This document shows positions 1 to 14,840 of a DNA stretch of 64,000 bases, piece by piece. Both the position numbers and the translations under genes were made by a program. The notes beneath the pieces were generated by a model. It worked only from the letters and a program-made list of their open reading frames with translations. It did no database searches and was not told where the DNA came from. The DNA is from Eledone cirrhosa (Eukaryota). Location: NCBI GenBank assembly GCA_964016885.1, contig OZ024740.1, forward strand, positions 167,028,001-167,092,000, given 5' to 3'. Position 1 is the first letter of the stretch; each line of letters opens with the position of its first letter.

Positions 1-99
1 TATATATATATAATATATATATATAATATATCTTATATATATAATATATATATATATCATATATATATATAATATATATATAATATTTCATAATATATC

Positions 100-182
100 A
101 GAACAAAAGATGGTTAAAAGAGTTCCATGTATTTTATTATACGCATTGCTTTATTGTACTACAATAAAACTCACATCCTACA
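100..182. mobile_element. 83-bp miniature inverted PLE remnant (copies also at 2540-2622 and 3896-3978)
   Basis: The left part matches the start of the 52678 and 54208 elements and the right part matches their tail end (GCATTGCTTTATTGTACTACAA...CCT). The two parts join at GCATT. Confidence 0.8.
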
Positions 183-217
183 TATAATATATCATATATA
201 TATATATATCATATATA

Positions 218-400
218 AGTAAGATGTATGGTAGGTCGTATGTGAATCGCGATGATCAGGTCTGACTTACCAAATATGTGACGGTAGCTAGTTAACCTCT
301 ATGCGTATACGCAGAGCAGAAATATTAGTGAAAAAGAACAAAGGAACTATTATGACATTATAACAAGTTTAATAGTTCCTTTGTTCTTTTTCACTAATAT
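218..400 (-). mobile_element. Short PLE-type 3' end: ~105-bp tail plus 31-bp inverted repeat
   Basis: 323-353 is the reverse complement of 370-400, TA flanks both sides, and a bulged hairpin lies at 296-317 (-). Confidence 0.6.
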
Positions 401-1371
401 ATCATATATATATATATAACATATATATATATATATATCATATATATATATATATCATATATATATATATAACATATATATATATATATATATATCATAT
501 ATATATATCATATATATATATCATATATATTTATATATCATATATATATATATATAATGTATATATATATATATCATATATATATATCATATATATATAT
601 ATCATATATATATCATATATATATATATCATACATATATCATATATATATATATCATATATATATATATATATATATCATATATATAGATATATAATATA
701 TATATCATATATATATATATCATATATATATTATATATATATCATATATATATATCATATATATATGATATATATATATCATATATATATATCATATATA
801 TATATATCATATATATATCATATATATATATATCATACATATATCATATATATATATATCATATATATATATATATATATATCATATATATAGATATATA
901 ATATATATATCATATATATATATATCATATATATATTATATATATATCATATATATATATCATATATATATGATATATATATATCATATATATATATATC
1001 TTATATATATATATCATATATATATATATATCATATATATATATCATATATATATATCATATATATATATATCATATATATATATAATATATATATATAT
1101 ATATCATATATATATATATATATCATATATATATATATATATCATATATATATATATATATCATATATATATATATATAACATATATATATATATCATAT
1201 ATATATATCATATATATATATATATATCATATATATATATATATCATATATATATAATACATATATATATATCATATATATTATATATATATATATATCA
1301 TATATATATATATAATATATATATGTAATATATTATATATATATATAATATATATATATATCATTTATATA

Positions 1372-1424
1372 TGTGGAAAATACGTTGAGTGCTTGAATTG
1401 AATTGCATCAAAGTTTACCCTAAT
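1372..1424 (+). mobile_element. Solo 3'-terminal fragment of the 4704-6156 element family
   Basis: TGTGGAAAATACGTTGAGTGCTTGAATTGAATTGCATCAA..TTTACCCTAAT matches about 6101-6155. Confidence 0.85.
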
Positions 1425-4229
1425 ATATATAACATATATATATATATGATATATATATATATCATATATATATATATATATATCATATATATATATATAT
1501 ATCATATATATATATGATATATATATATATCATATATATATATATATATTTATGATATATATATATAATATATATATGATATATATATATAATATATATA
1601 TGATATATATATATAATATATATATGATATATATATATATATATCATATATATATGATATATATATATAATATATATATGATATATATATATATATCATA
1701 TAAGTATGATATATATATATATCATATATATATATATCATATATATATATATCATATATATATCATATATATATATATCATATATATATATATCATATAT
1801 ATATATATAATATATACGATATATATATATATGTCATATATATATGATATATATATCATATATAATATATATATCATATATAATATATATATATATATCA
1901 TATATATATATATCATATATATATCATATATAATATATATATATATCATATATATATATATCATATATATATACATCTTATACATATATAATATATATAT
2001 ATATATAACATATATATATATATCATATATATATAATATATATAATATATATATATATATATTATATACATATATATATATCATATATATATCATATATA
2101 TATATATATATATATATCATATATATATATATATATCATATATATATATAACATATATATATATATATCATATATATATATATATCATATATATATATAT
2201 ATAATACATATATATATATATCATATATATATATATTATATATATAATATATATCATATATATATATATATAATGTATATATATAATATATCATATATAT
2301 ATATATATCATATAGATATATAGATATATCATATATATATATATCATATATATATATATGATATATCATAAATATATATATATCATATTTAATATATATC
2401 ATATATATATAATATATATATATATATCATATATATATATATAGTATATATATATAATATATCTTATATATATAATATATATATATATCATATATATATA
2501 TAATATATATATAATATATATAATATATCATAATATATAAGAACAAAAGATGGTTAAAAGAGTTCCATGTATTTTATTGTACGCATTGCTTTATTGTACT
2601 ACAATAAAACTCACATCCTACATATAATATATCATATATATATATCATATATATATATATATCATATATATATATATATCATATATATATATATCATATA
2701 TATATATCATATTTAATATATATCATATATATATATCATATATATATATCATATATATATATATCATATATATATATCATATGTAATATATATCATATAT
2801 ATATATCATATATATATATCATATATATATATATAATATATGTATATATCATATATATATATATCATATATATATATGATATATATATATATCATATATA
2901 TATATATATATGATATATATATATAATATATATATGATATATATATATAATATATATATGATATATATATATAATATATATATGATATATATATATATAT
3001 ATATATCATATATATATGATATATATATATAATATATATATGATATATATATATATCATATAAGTATGATATATATATATATCATATATATATATATCAT
3101 ATATATATATATCATTTATATATATATCATATATATATATATAATATATATGATATATATATATATATCATATATATATGATATATATATATATCATATA
3201 TAATATATATATAATATATAATATATATTTATATATCATATATATATATATCATATATATATCATATATAATATATATATATATATCATATATATATATA
3301 TCATATATATATCATATATATATACATCTTATACATATATAATATATATATATATATAACATATATATATATATCATATATATATAATATATATAATATA
3401 TATATATATATATATTATATACATATATATATATATATATATCATATATATATCATATATATATATATATATATATATCATATATATATATATATATCAT
3501 ATATATATATAACATATATATATATATATCATATATATATATATATCATATATATATATATATAATACATATATATATATATCATATATATATATATTAT
3601 ATATATAATATATATCATATATATATATATAATGTATATATATAATATATCATATATATATATATATATCATATAGATATATAGATATATCATATATATA
3701 TATATCATATATATATATATGATATATCATAAATATATATATATAATATTACATATATATCATATATATATATATAATATATATATATATATCATATATA
3801 TATATATAGTATATATATATAATATATCTTATATATATAATATATATATATATGATATATATATATAATATATATATAATATATCATAATATATAAGAAC
3901 AAAAGATGGTTAAAAGAGTTCCATGTATTTTATTGTACGCATTGCTTTATTGTACTACAATAAAACTCACATCCTACATATAATATATCATATATATATA
4001 TCATATATATATATATATCATATATATATATATCATATATATATATATCATATATATATATATATATATATCATATATATATATATATATCATATATATA
4101 TATCATATATATATATCATATATGTATATATATATATATCATATATATATATATATCATATATATATATATATATCATATATATATATATATCGTATATA
4201 TATATATCATATATATATATATATATAAT

Positions 4230-4261
<32 letters not shown>

Positions 4262-4527
4262 ACATATATATATCATATATATATCATATATATATATCAT
4301 ATATATATATCATATATATATATATCATATATATATATCATATTTAATATATATCATATATATATATCATATATATATATCATATATATATATATAATAT
4401 ATGTATATATCATATATATATATATCATATATATATATATCATATATATATATAATATGTATATAATATATATATATATATCATATATATATATATCATA
4501 TATATATATATATAATATGTATATAAT

Positions 4528-4559
<32 letters not shown>

Positions 4560-4565
4560 ATATAT

Positions 4566-4596
<31 letters not shown>

Positions 4597-4622
4597 CATA
4601 TATATATATATATATATCATAT

Positions 4623-4659
<37 letters not shown>

Positions 4660-4703
4660 CATATATATATATATATCATATATATATATATTATTTATAT
4701 ATA

Positions 4704-6156
4704 TGTGGCCAGTGTCGTCACTGAAATATATATCACAGCATTATTATTAAAGGACTTGAACATCTGAAACTACTTCGCTTTTCCTTATTCGATATTTACT
4801 CCGTCACTCCTATGTGGAAAAATACGTTGAGGGCTTGATTGAATTGCATCAATATTTACCCTAATAATTTAGCTCCAATAGTTGAGCGCTTTACGATGTA
4901 ACTGATATGGTGAAGAAGAGAGGAACCAACCATAAGATACCCTGGAAATTCCCTCTACCATGGGGAGGGAAACCCCTTACACTGGACGGACATAATAATA
5001 ATTTTCGGCAGGATAAATACGCGGAAACAAATAATAGGATAAACCCCTATTTTCCTGCACCAAATCGCACTTGAACAGAGGCCCCCTCAATTCAATCTAT
5101 ACATGGACAGATGGACAATCATATGGATCATATATGTACTCTGTATTTTTGCATTTAATCACTGTTGGTTCTGTTCTTTTCTTCTGTGCACTTTAAGTCT
5201 GTTTTTCTTTGATTTGGTTCCATGTGATGGAAATTAGGACTGTGTACCAGATTCACTAATGCCTGGAGCCCTGTAGTTATAATGTACGACACCGTCGTTC
5301 AATATGTGGATAGAGTAACTGTGACACTAGAATACCTCTCAGAACATATTACTTAAACACCTCTCTCCATATTATTTACTCACTTCAGTCTATATTTTTA
5401 CTCACCTCAATCCGAATTATCACCTGAAAAGAATTTTTTTAATTCTTTTTTTAATTCTTTAATTTCTAATTGTTAATTTCTTAATTGTTTAATTTATAAT
5501 TTCTGATATTTAATTTTTATTTCCAACTCTCACTCTTAACTTCCAACATAAAACCATGATACCTAGAATAAGTTTATTTTCCCTAATAAGGTGATGGTCA
5601 GTCGTACCGGCAACGCTTAGTGAGGGGTAGTATTATGACCTGTAAAAACTAACACTCTCCCATCCTTTCTGGCACTCGGCTGACTGCCACAGCCGTGAAG
5701 GGTAGCAGTAAAATATGGTACAGGCATTGGTGGGCCATTGTTTTGGATGACAGGGTAAACTGACAAAGCAAATTTCGTTGAAGTCTGAGGTGGAGAATGG
5801 TCAACTTCCTTCGGACATACGCTTGCGCAGGCCGGTAGGGGTGAATTGGTACTCACAAGGGAGCGGCTGAAAAACCCAAGAACACGCAATTCATACGTTC
5901 CCTTGTCGATCCAATTTGGATTGCCTCGGAAACATAAGCTTATTATGTAACAAGCTGTCTGATGGTGACACGACACTCGCACACAGAACAGTGTGGCCAG
6001 TGTCGTCACTGAAATATATATCACAGCATTATTATTAAAGGACTTGAACATCTGAAACTACTTCGCTTTTCCTTATTCGATATTTACTCCGTCACTTCTA
6101 TGTGGAAAAAGTACGTTGAGTGCTTGAATTGAATTGCATCAATGTTTACCCTAATA
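4704..6156 (+). mobile_element. Non-autonomous PLE derivative, partial tandem with ~160-bp direct repeats (pLTRs)
   Basis: 4704-4866 is repeated at 5992-6156 (period 1288 bp), an HHR overlaps the 3' repeat, and both flanks are TA. Confidence 0.8.
5954..6027 (+). ncRNA. Type I hammerhead ribozyme-like motif (degenerate core)
   Basis: GCTGT-CTGATGG-stem II (ACGACACT/AGTGTCGT)-GAAA-TATATA-TC-ACAGC. Confidence 0.65.
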
Positions 6157-6766
6157 TATATATCATATATATATATATGATATATATATATATCATATAT
6201 ATATATATCACATATATATATATATGATATATATATATTATATATATATATATGAAAAAATATAATATATATATGATATATATATATATCATATATATAT
6301 GATAAATATATATATATATATATATCATATATATATCATATATATATATCATATATATATATGATATATATATATAATATATATATGATATATATATATA
6401 TCATATATATATGATATATATATATCATATATATATGATAAATATATATATATAAATATATCATATATATATCATATATATATATGATATATATATATAA
6501 TATATATATGATATATATATATATATCATATATATGATATATATATCATATATATATGATATATATATATATGATATATATATATATGATATATATATAT
6601 ATCATATATATATATATAATATATATATATCATATATATATATCATATATATATATACATTATATATATCATATATATATATAACTTATACATATATATT
6701 ATATATATAAATATATATAACATATATATATATATATATCATATATATATATAATATATATATAAT

Positions 6767-6797
<31 letters not shown>

Positions 6798-6859
6798 CAT
6801 ATATATATATATTATATATATATTATATATATATATGATATATATACATATATATATGT

Positions 6860-6890
<31 letters not shown>

Positions 6891-6960
6891 TGTATAAGAT
6901 ATATATATATATATGATATATATATGATATATATATATGATATATATATATTATATATAT

Positions 6961-7491
6961 AGTTTTAATATAGATGAGATTCTACATGACTAGAACTGTT
7001 TCATTCATTAGAAATCATCAGGAATCTGGGTATCAAAAAATAAGTATGGTATTTATAGGTCTCTACAAGTGGTAGGAAAGGGTGGGGAGTGGGATGGGTG
7101 CAGGTCATTGGTTGATAGAAAAGAGAATTCATTAAAAGCTAATTCTACAAAGCTATAGTTTATTTTTATTTATGTTTTTATTTATGTTTTTTGTTACTCT
7201 AAAAACATAAATAAATAAAAATAAACTATAGCTTTGTAGAATTAGCTATTAATGAATTCCCTTTTCTATCAACCAATGACCTGCACCCATCCCACTCCCC
7301 ACCCTCTCCTACCACTTGTAGAGACCTATAAATACCATTTTTTTTTTTGATACCCAGATTCCTGATGATTTCTAATGAATGAAACAGTTCTAGTCCTGTA
7401 GAATCTCATCTATATTAAAACTTTTAAACTCTGCTATGTATTGAGTACCTTACTTACTGTGGTTACCTCCGATTCAACCCGGAATAACGTA
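6961..7491 (+). mobile_element. Inverted pair of PLE 3' ends with a one-sided tail
   Basis: 6961-~7190 is the reverse complement of ~7201-7422, the tail is 7423-7491, and each arm has an HHR. Related to 46533-46737. Confidence 0.85.
7356..7406 (+). ncRNA. Type I hammerhead ribozyme (mirror copy at 6977-7027, -)
   Basis: AGATTC-CTGATGA-TTTC TAAT GAAT-GAAA-CAG TTCTAGTC CTG-TA-GAATCT, predicted GUA cleavage site. Confidence 0.85.
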
Positions 7492-7941
7492 TATTATATA
7501 TATATATATATGATATATATATATATGATATATATATGATATATATATATATATATATCATATATATATGATATATATATATATCATATATATGATATAT
7601 ATATATATATCATATATATGATATATATATATATCATATATATATTATATATATATATCATATATATATTATATATATATATATCATATATATATATGAT
7701 ATATATATGATATATATATATATATATTTATCATATATATATGATATATATATATCATATATATATGATATATATATATATCATATATTATATATATATC
7801 ATATATATATATGATATATATATATCATATATATATCATATATATTTATATATCTTATATATATATATATCATATATATATATATATATCATATATATAT
7901 ATATATCATATATATATATGATAAATATATATATATATAAT

Positions 7942-8502
7942 ATAAAATATTAAAAAAATAATGAATAAAACAATGAAACAGTTCCTTATATTAAACAAAA
8001 AAAGTTCATTATTTAACGATCGTTTCTAGGATATATATGTGTTAGAATTGGCATGCATATTCAACAGATCTATGTACAAAATTATACAAAATTATACAAA
8101 CTATCAAGATTAAATATACATACCAAACACACATATATGCCGTCTTCAGAAATTATTTCTGAAGACGGCATATATGTGTGTTTGGTATGTATATTTAATC
8201 TTGATAGTTTGTATAATTTTGTATAATTTTGTACATAGATCTGTTGAATATGCATACCAATTCTAACACATATATATCCTAGAAACGATCGTTAAATAAT
8301 GAACTTTTTTTGTTTAATATAAGGAACTGTTTCATTGTTTTATTCATTATTTTTTTTATATTTTATCTTGACTCTGTATTCCGTTTATCTTTCACCGAAA
8401 GTGATTTTTCATTGCATCTCTTCTTTCCATGATATCCGGAATACATTGAGTTCTTCATACGGATTGGACACTACCGTAAACTCTTGGTAGATTTATCTAC
8501 AT
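7942..8502 (+). mobile_element. Near-perfect ~210-bp palindrome of PLE 3' ends plus ~135-bp tail
   Basis: Arms 7942-8153 and 8155-8366 with a 1-nt centre at 8154. Homologous to 45483-45680. Confidence 0.85.
8152..8300 (+). ncRNA. Type I hammerhead ribozyme with ~116-nt stem II (mirror copy at about 8008-8153, -)
   Basis: ATTATTT-CTGAAGA-[ATATATGTGT...ACACATATAT]-GAAA-CGATCG-TT-AAATAAT. Confidence 0.75.
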
Positions 8503-9990
8503 AATATATATATAATATATATATGATATATATATATCATATATATTTATATCATATATATATCATATATATATCTATATCATATATATATATATATATA
8601 TATATCTTATATATATATAACATATATATATCATATATATATATATCATATATATATATCATATATATATATCATATCTATATATCATATCAATATATCA
8701 TATATATATAATATATATATATATATCATATATATATATATATCATATATATAATATATATATATATCATATATATATATCATATATATATATACATTAT
8801 ATATATCATATATATATATAACTTATACATATATATTATATATATAAATATATATAACATATATATATATATATCATATATATATATAATATATATATAA
8901 TATATATATATAATATATATATATATATCATATATATATATATATTATAAATATATTATATATATATATGATATATATACATATATCATATATATATATA
9001 ACATATATATATATATCATATATATATATATAATATATATATAATATATATGTATCAGATATATATATATATATGATATATATATGATATATATATGATA
9101 TATATATATGATATATATATATTATATATATATATATATATGATATATATATATATCATATATATATATATATCATATATATATGATATATATATATATA
9201 TCATATATATGATATATATATATATCATATATATATTATATATATATATCATATATATATATGATATATATATGATATATATTTATATATTTATCATATA
9301 TATATGATATATATATATATCATATATATATGATATATATATATATCATATATTATATATATATATATGATATATATATGATATATATATATATCATATA
9401 TATATATATATATCATATATATTTATATATCTTATATATATATATATATATATGATATATATATATATATATCATATATATATATATATCATATATATAT
9501 ATATATCATATATATATATAATATATATATGATATATATATATCATATATATTTATATCATATATATTTATATCATATATATATCATATATATATCTATA
9601 TCATATATATATATATATATCTTATATATATATAACATATATATATCATATATATATATATCATATATATATATCATATATATATATCATATCTATATAT
9701 CATATCAATATATCATATATATATAATATATATATATATATCATATATATATATATATATATATATCATATCTATATATCATATATATATATAACTTATA
9801 TATATATAACATATATATATCATATATATATATATCATATATATATATCATATATATATATATCATATCTATATATCATATCAATATATCATATATATAT
9901 AATATATATATATATCATATATATATATATATATCATATCTATATATCATATATATATATATAATATATATATATATATCATATATATAT

Positions 9991-11305
9991 ATAGCTCTGA
10001 TTCATCTGAATTATGGAGCCCTCTGCCGCTCATCTCGAATTTTGTTTATCGTGAACTCGTGCGCCGATTTTTCGATACTCGATTATTCTACTATATTTAG
10101 CTCTAGACCTAGCTATTGACCAGTTAATTTTATTGTTCATTTTTTGTCGATTCTATTAAATGATGAATAGCTCCTGTTTATTTTAACATGTCTATTGAGC
10201 ACTCTTATTCGATATGTGTTATTCCACATTTTCCCGAATATTTTTGGCGGATATAAAGGTTATCTCCCTTGCTGAAATCCATGTGCGTATTTTCAACCTG
10301 GGTTTAGCCTTTTCATTCGTTCGGACTAAAGCTCGTTGAGGAAGTAAACTCCAGTCCGCTGGCGTCTAGAAGTCTTATATTTTTATGTGAGCTGATAGAG
10401 GACAGTTTAAGGATTTACAGAAACCCAAGAAGCTAGATTTACCATCTCTCTAGCGGGTCCGGGTATGCTTTTTACATTCATTTGATTTATTGATTTATTG
10501 ATAATTTATCTGAGTGTCCCGAATCTTCCATATCGCAATGTTTCGTTCGTATGGTTGATTGTAGACATATTCTACGCGTGACTGTATTTTAACGATAGTT
10601 ATAGCTCTGATTCATCTGAATTATGGAGCCCTCTGCCGCTCATCTCGAATTTTGTTTATCGTGAACTCGTGCGCCGGTTTTTCGATACTCGATTATTCTA
10701 CTATATTTAGCTCTAGACCTAGCTATTGACCAGTTAATTTTATTGTTCATTTTTTGTCGATTCTATTAAATGATGAATAGCTCCTGTTTATTTTAACATG
10801 TCTATTGAGCACTCTTATTCGATATGTGTTATTCCACATTTTCCCGAATATTTTTGGCGGATATAAAGGTTATCTCCCTTGCTGAAATCCATGTGCGTAT
10901 TTTCAACCTGGGTTTTGCCTTTTCATTCGTTCGGACTAAAGCTCGTTGAGGAAGTAAACTCCAGTCCGCTGGCGTCTAGAAGTCTTATATTTTTATGTGA
11001 GCTGATAGAAGACAGTTTAAGTATTTAGAGAAACCCAAGAAGCTAGATTTACCATCTCTCTAGCGGGTCCGGGTATGCTTTTTACATTCATTTGATTTAT
11101 TGATAATTTATCTGAGTGTCCCGAATCTTCCATATCGCAATGTTTCGGTCGTATGGTTGATTGTAGACATATTCTACGTGTGACGGTATTTTAACGATAG
11201 TTATAGCTCTGATTCATCTGAATTATGGAGCCCTCTGCCGCTCATCTCGAATTTTGTTTATCGTGAACTCGTGCGCCGATTTTTCGATACTCGATTATTC
11301 TACTA
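9991..11305 (+). repeat. Non-coding tandem array, ~610-bp unit x 2.2, inserted in (TA)n
   Basis: Units start with ATAGCTCTGATTC at 9991, 10601 and 11203 and are nearly identical. Confidence 0.92.
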
Positions 11306-11428
11306 TATATATATCATATATATATACCATATATATATATCATATATATATATATATATCATATATATATCATATATATATATATCATATATATATATAT
11401 ATCATATATATATATAATATATATATAT

Positions 11429-11478
<50 letters not shown>

Positions 11479-11548
11479 ATATATATATAATATATATATA
11501 TATCATATATATATATATCATATATATATATATATATCATATATATAT

Positions 11549-11579
<31 letters not shown>

Positions 11580-11749
11580 CATATATATATATAATATATA
11601 TATATCATATATATATATATACATTATATATATCATATATATATATATATCTTATACATATATATTATAAATATATATATATATAACATATATATATATA
11701 TATCATATATATATATAATATATATATAATATATATATATAATATATAC

Positions 11750-12061
11750 ATTATGAAGAGAGAAGAAACATTTAGATATAATTAGTAATAAAATGTATCA
11801 TACCTAAACTGCTCCTAAATTCCTCGACTACGTAGTTTCGTGGCATAAACAAAAACAATATATCATAAAGATATAGAGTCCCTGCGAGGTCTGCCGACTT
11901 ATCAAGAGGATACCTCATATTACTAGTCTCAAGAACGCGTCTACACGACGTGAGAAAGAATCCCAAAAGGCGGAGGGGGAGATAGTCACGCGATATAACG
12001 GTCGAGAAACAGAGCTAAGCCTCTTATAACCACGAAGAAAATACCACGGAGGCGGAGGGGG
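11750..12061 (-). mobile_element. Solo PLE or retrozyme 3' fragment in (TA)n
   Basis: Unique 310-bp insert containing an HHR, flanked by TA. Confidence 0.65.
11821..11910 (-). ncRNA. Type I hammerhead ribozyme, U3-A8 variant
   Basis: Minus strand: TCCTC-TTGATAA-GTCGGCA...TGCCAC-GAAA-CTACGTAG-TC-GAGGA, with palindromic stem III and a GUC site. Confidence 0.8.
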
Positions 12062-13286
12062 TATATATATATATATGATATATATATATATCATATATAT
12101 ATATGATATATATATATATAATATATGATATATATATATATATAAAAAAAAAATAATATATATATGATATATATATATATCATATATATGATATATATAT
12201 ATATCATATATATATATTATATATATATATTAAATATATTATATATATATGATATATATTTATATATATATGTTATATATATATATATATAATATATATA
12301 TGTATAAGATATATATATATATATGATATATATACGATATATATTATATGATATATATATATGATATATATATGTTATATATATATATATATGATATATA
12401 TATATCATATATATATATATATATGATATATATATATATATCATATATATATGATATATATATATATGATATATATGATATATATATATATCATATATAT
12501 ATTATTTTTTTTTATATATATATATATATCATATATTATATATATATATATCATATATATATGATATATATATATATCATATATATATATATATCATATA
12601 TATGTATATATCTTATATATATATATATGATATATATATTTATATATATATATATATAAAATATATATATATATATATGATATATATATATATATATACT
12701 ATATATATGATATATATATATCATATATATTTATATCATATATATATCATATATATATATCTATATCATATATATATATATCTTATATATATATAACATA
12801 TATATATCATATATATATATCATATCTATATATCATATCAATATATCATATATATATAATATATATATATATATCATATATAAATATATATATCATATCT
12901 ATATATCATATAATATATATAATATATATATATATATCATATATATATATATCATATATATCATATATATATATCATATATATATATATATCATATATAT
13001 ATATCATATATATATATAATATATATATATATCATATATATATATATATATATATATCATATATATATATCATATATATATATCATATATATATATCATA
13101 TATATATATATCATATATATATATATCATATATATATATATATATATCATATATCATATATATATATAATATATCATATATATACATCATATATATATAT
13201 ATATATCATATATATAGAAATATATATATATATATCATATATATATATATATCATATATATATATATCATATATATATATATCATA

Positions 13287-13327
<41 letters not shown>

Positions 13328-13664
13328 TATATATATATATCAGATATATATATATATATATTTATATACATATAATATATACCATGTTGATAGATAGTAA
13401 ACAAATAATTACATATATACGTAGACGAAACTTCATCTTTTTGTCTTTATATATATATATATGTATATACGATAGATATATATATATATGATATATATAT
13501 ATATATATATGATATATATATATATGATATATATATATATATGATATATATATATATATGATATATATATATATATATTTTATATACATATATATATATG
13601 ATATATATATATATGATATATATATATATATATATATAATATATATATATATATAATATATATA

Positions 13665-13698
<34 letters not shown>

Positions 13699-14314
13699 AA
13701 AAAGGGATGAAATCGAAAATGCAACTGAAGTCTTATTTTTTTTTAAATATATATATTTATTTGGTTCCTTTACCGGTTTCGCAGTTCTTCTGCTTTTCAA
13801 AAGGTGAGTTGAGATGGAGGGTCTGTGGTTTTTCTCACATCTGGTTGGTCTCTAAATGTTACTTGTTTTATATGGAAAAACTGGCTCGAAAACCAGGTTT
13901 TTCGAGAAGTAATTTGATTGGTTTGTCAATAATGATAATAAATTTCGCGCCAGTTCGCGTTACAATAGTTCTTCAAATAAGAGAGGGGGGTGGTTGTCAC
14001 AGGTTGTTTTTTCATATATGAGTGTTTGAATTTCTTTTTACTTGAAAAAATGAGGCTCACGAAGGCTTTTTTTTGGTTGGTTATAAATGAAATTTGGCTG
14101 TCACGTGAACAAGTTTTCATTACATTTTTGCGCCCTTATTTGGAAAACTATTCTGTAGTCTATAGTGAATGTTATGACAATGGAGAGATAGTGGTCAAGG
14201 GAAAAGGGATTGGGAGAAATGTTCTGGTTCAGTGAATATGGCCAGCTGTCAGAGTTCAGGTGTCAGAGTTCAGATTTTCTATTGAGACTGAAGATATGTG
14301 TTTATTTGTGTGCT

Positions 14315-14349
<35 letters not shown>

Positions 14350-14840
14350 ATGTGTGTATTGGAAGATGATTCTATTAGTAGAGATGGGGGAGGGAGTTGT
14401 GTGTGTGTGTATATGGGTGTTATGTGTGTGTGTGCGAGTATGTTAGATAGAGAGAATATATATTTTTTGTGTGTGTGTATATATATATGTGTGTAGGAAA
14501 GTGGTTCTATTAGTAGAAATGGGGAGGGTGTTGTAGGTGTGGGGGTTTTTATGTGTGTGTATGGGTGTTATGTGTGTGGGAGTATGGTTAGCATGTTAAG
14601 ATGAAGAGAATATATATATATATAAATATATATTGTGTGTGTGTATGTGTGTGTGTAGGAAAATGATTCCTTTAGTAGGAATATTTTTGAATGAACATAT
14701 TTTCCTGACTTTTTCGTGTTTGCTGTTGTATTGCCAGTGCAAACGTATGTTTAAGGTTTATTTAGTTCGGGTTTTTATTTTCTAAAGTAGGTGTTATGTG
14801 TGTGTGTGTATGTCATATTGTGGTGTTGACATAATGTATA

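Larger units (their letters stand above)
1..13694. repeat. Compound (TA)n microsatellite domain punctuated by ATC/GAT, with embedded PLE fragments
   Basis: Almost continuous TA runs broken every ~6-20 nt by TCA or TGA. The I/Y/H-rich ORFs in the track are translations of this repeat. Confidence 0.97.

Noticed and set aside
5617-6051. 144-aa minus-strand ORF
   Set aside because: It is antisense to a structured PLE 3' UTR and HHR and has no protein motifs.
10391-10437. CTGATAGA...GAAAC as a hammerhead in the 610-bp unit
   Set aside because: The core has an extra base and stems II and III do not pair.
970-13800. Many I/Y/H-rich ORFs
   Set aside because: They are translations of (TA)n compound microsatellite with no coding signal.
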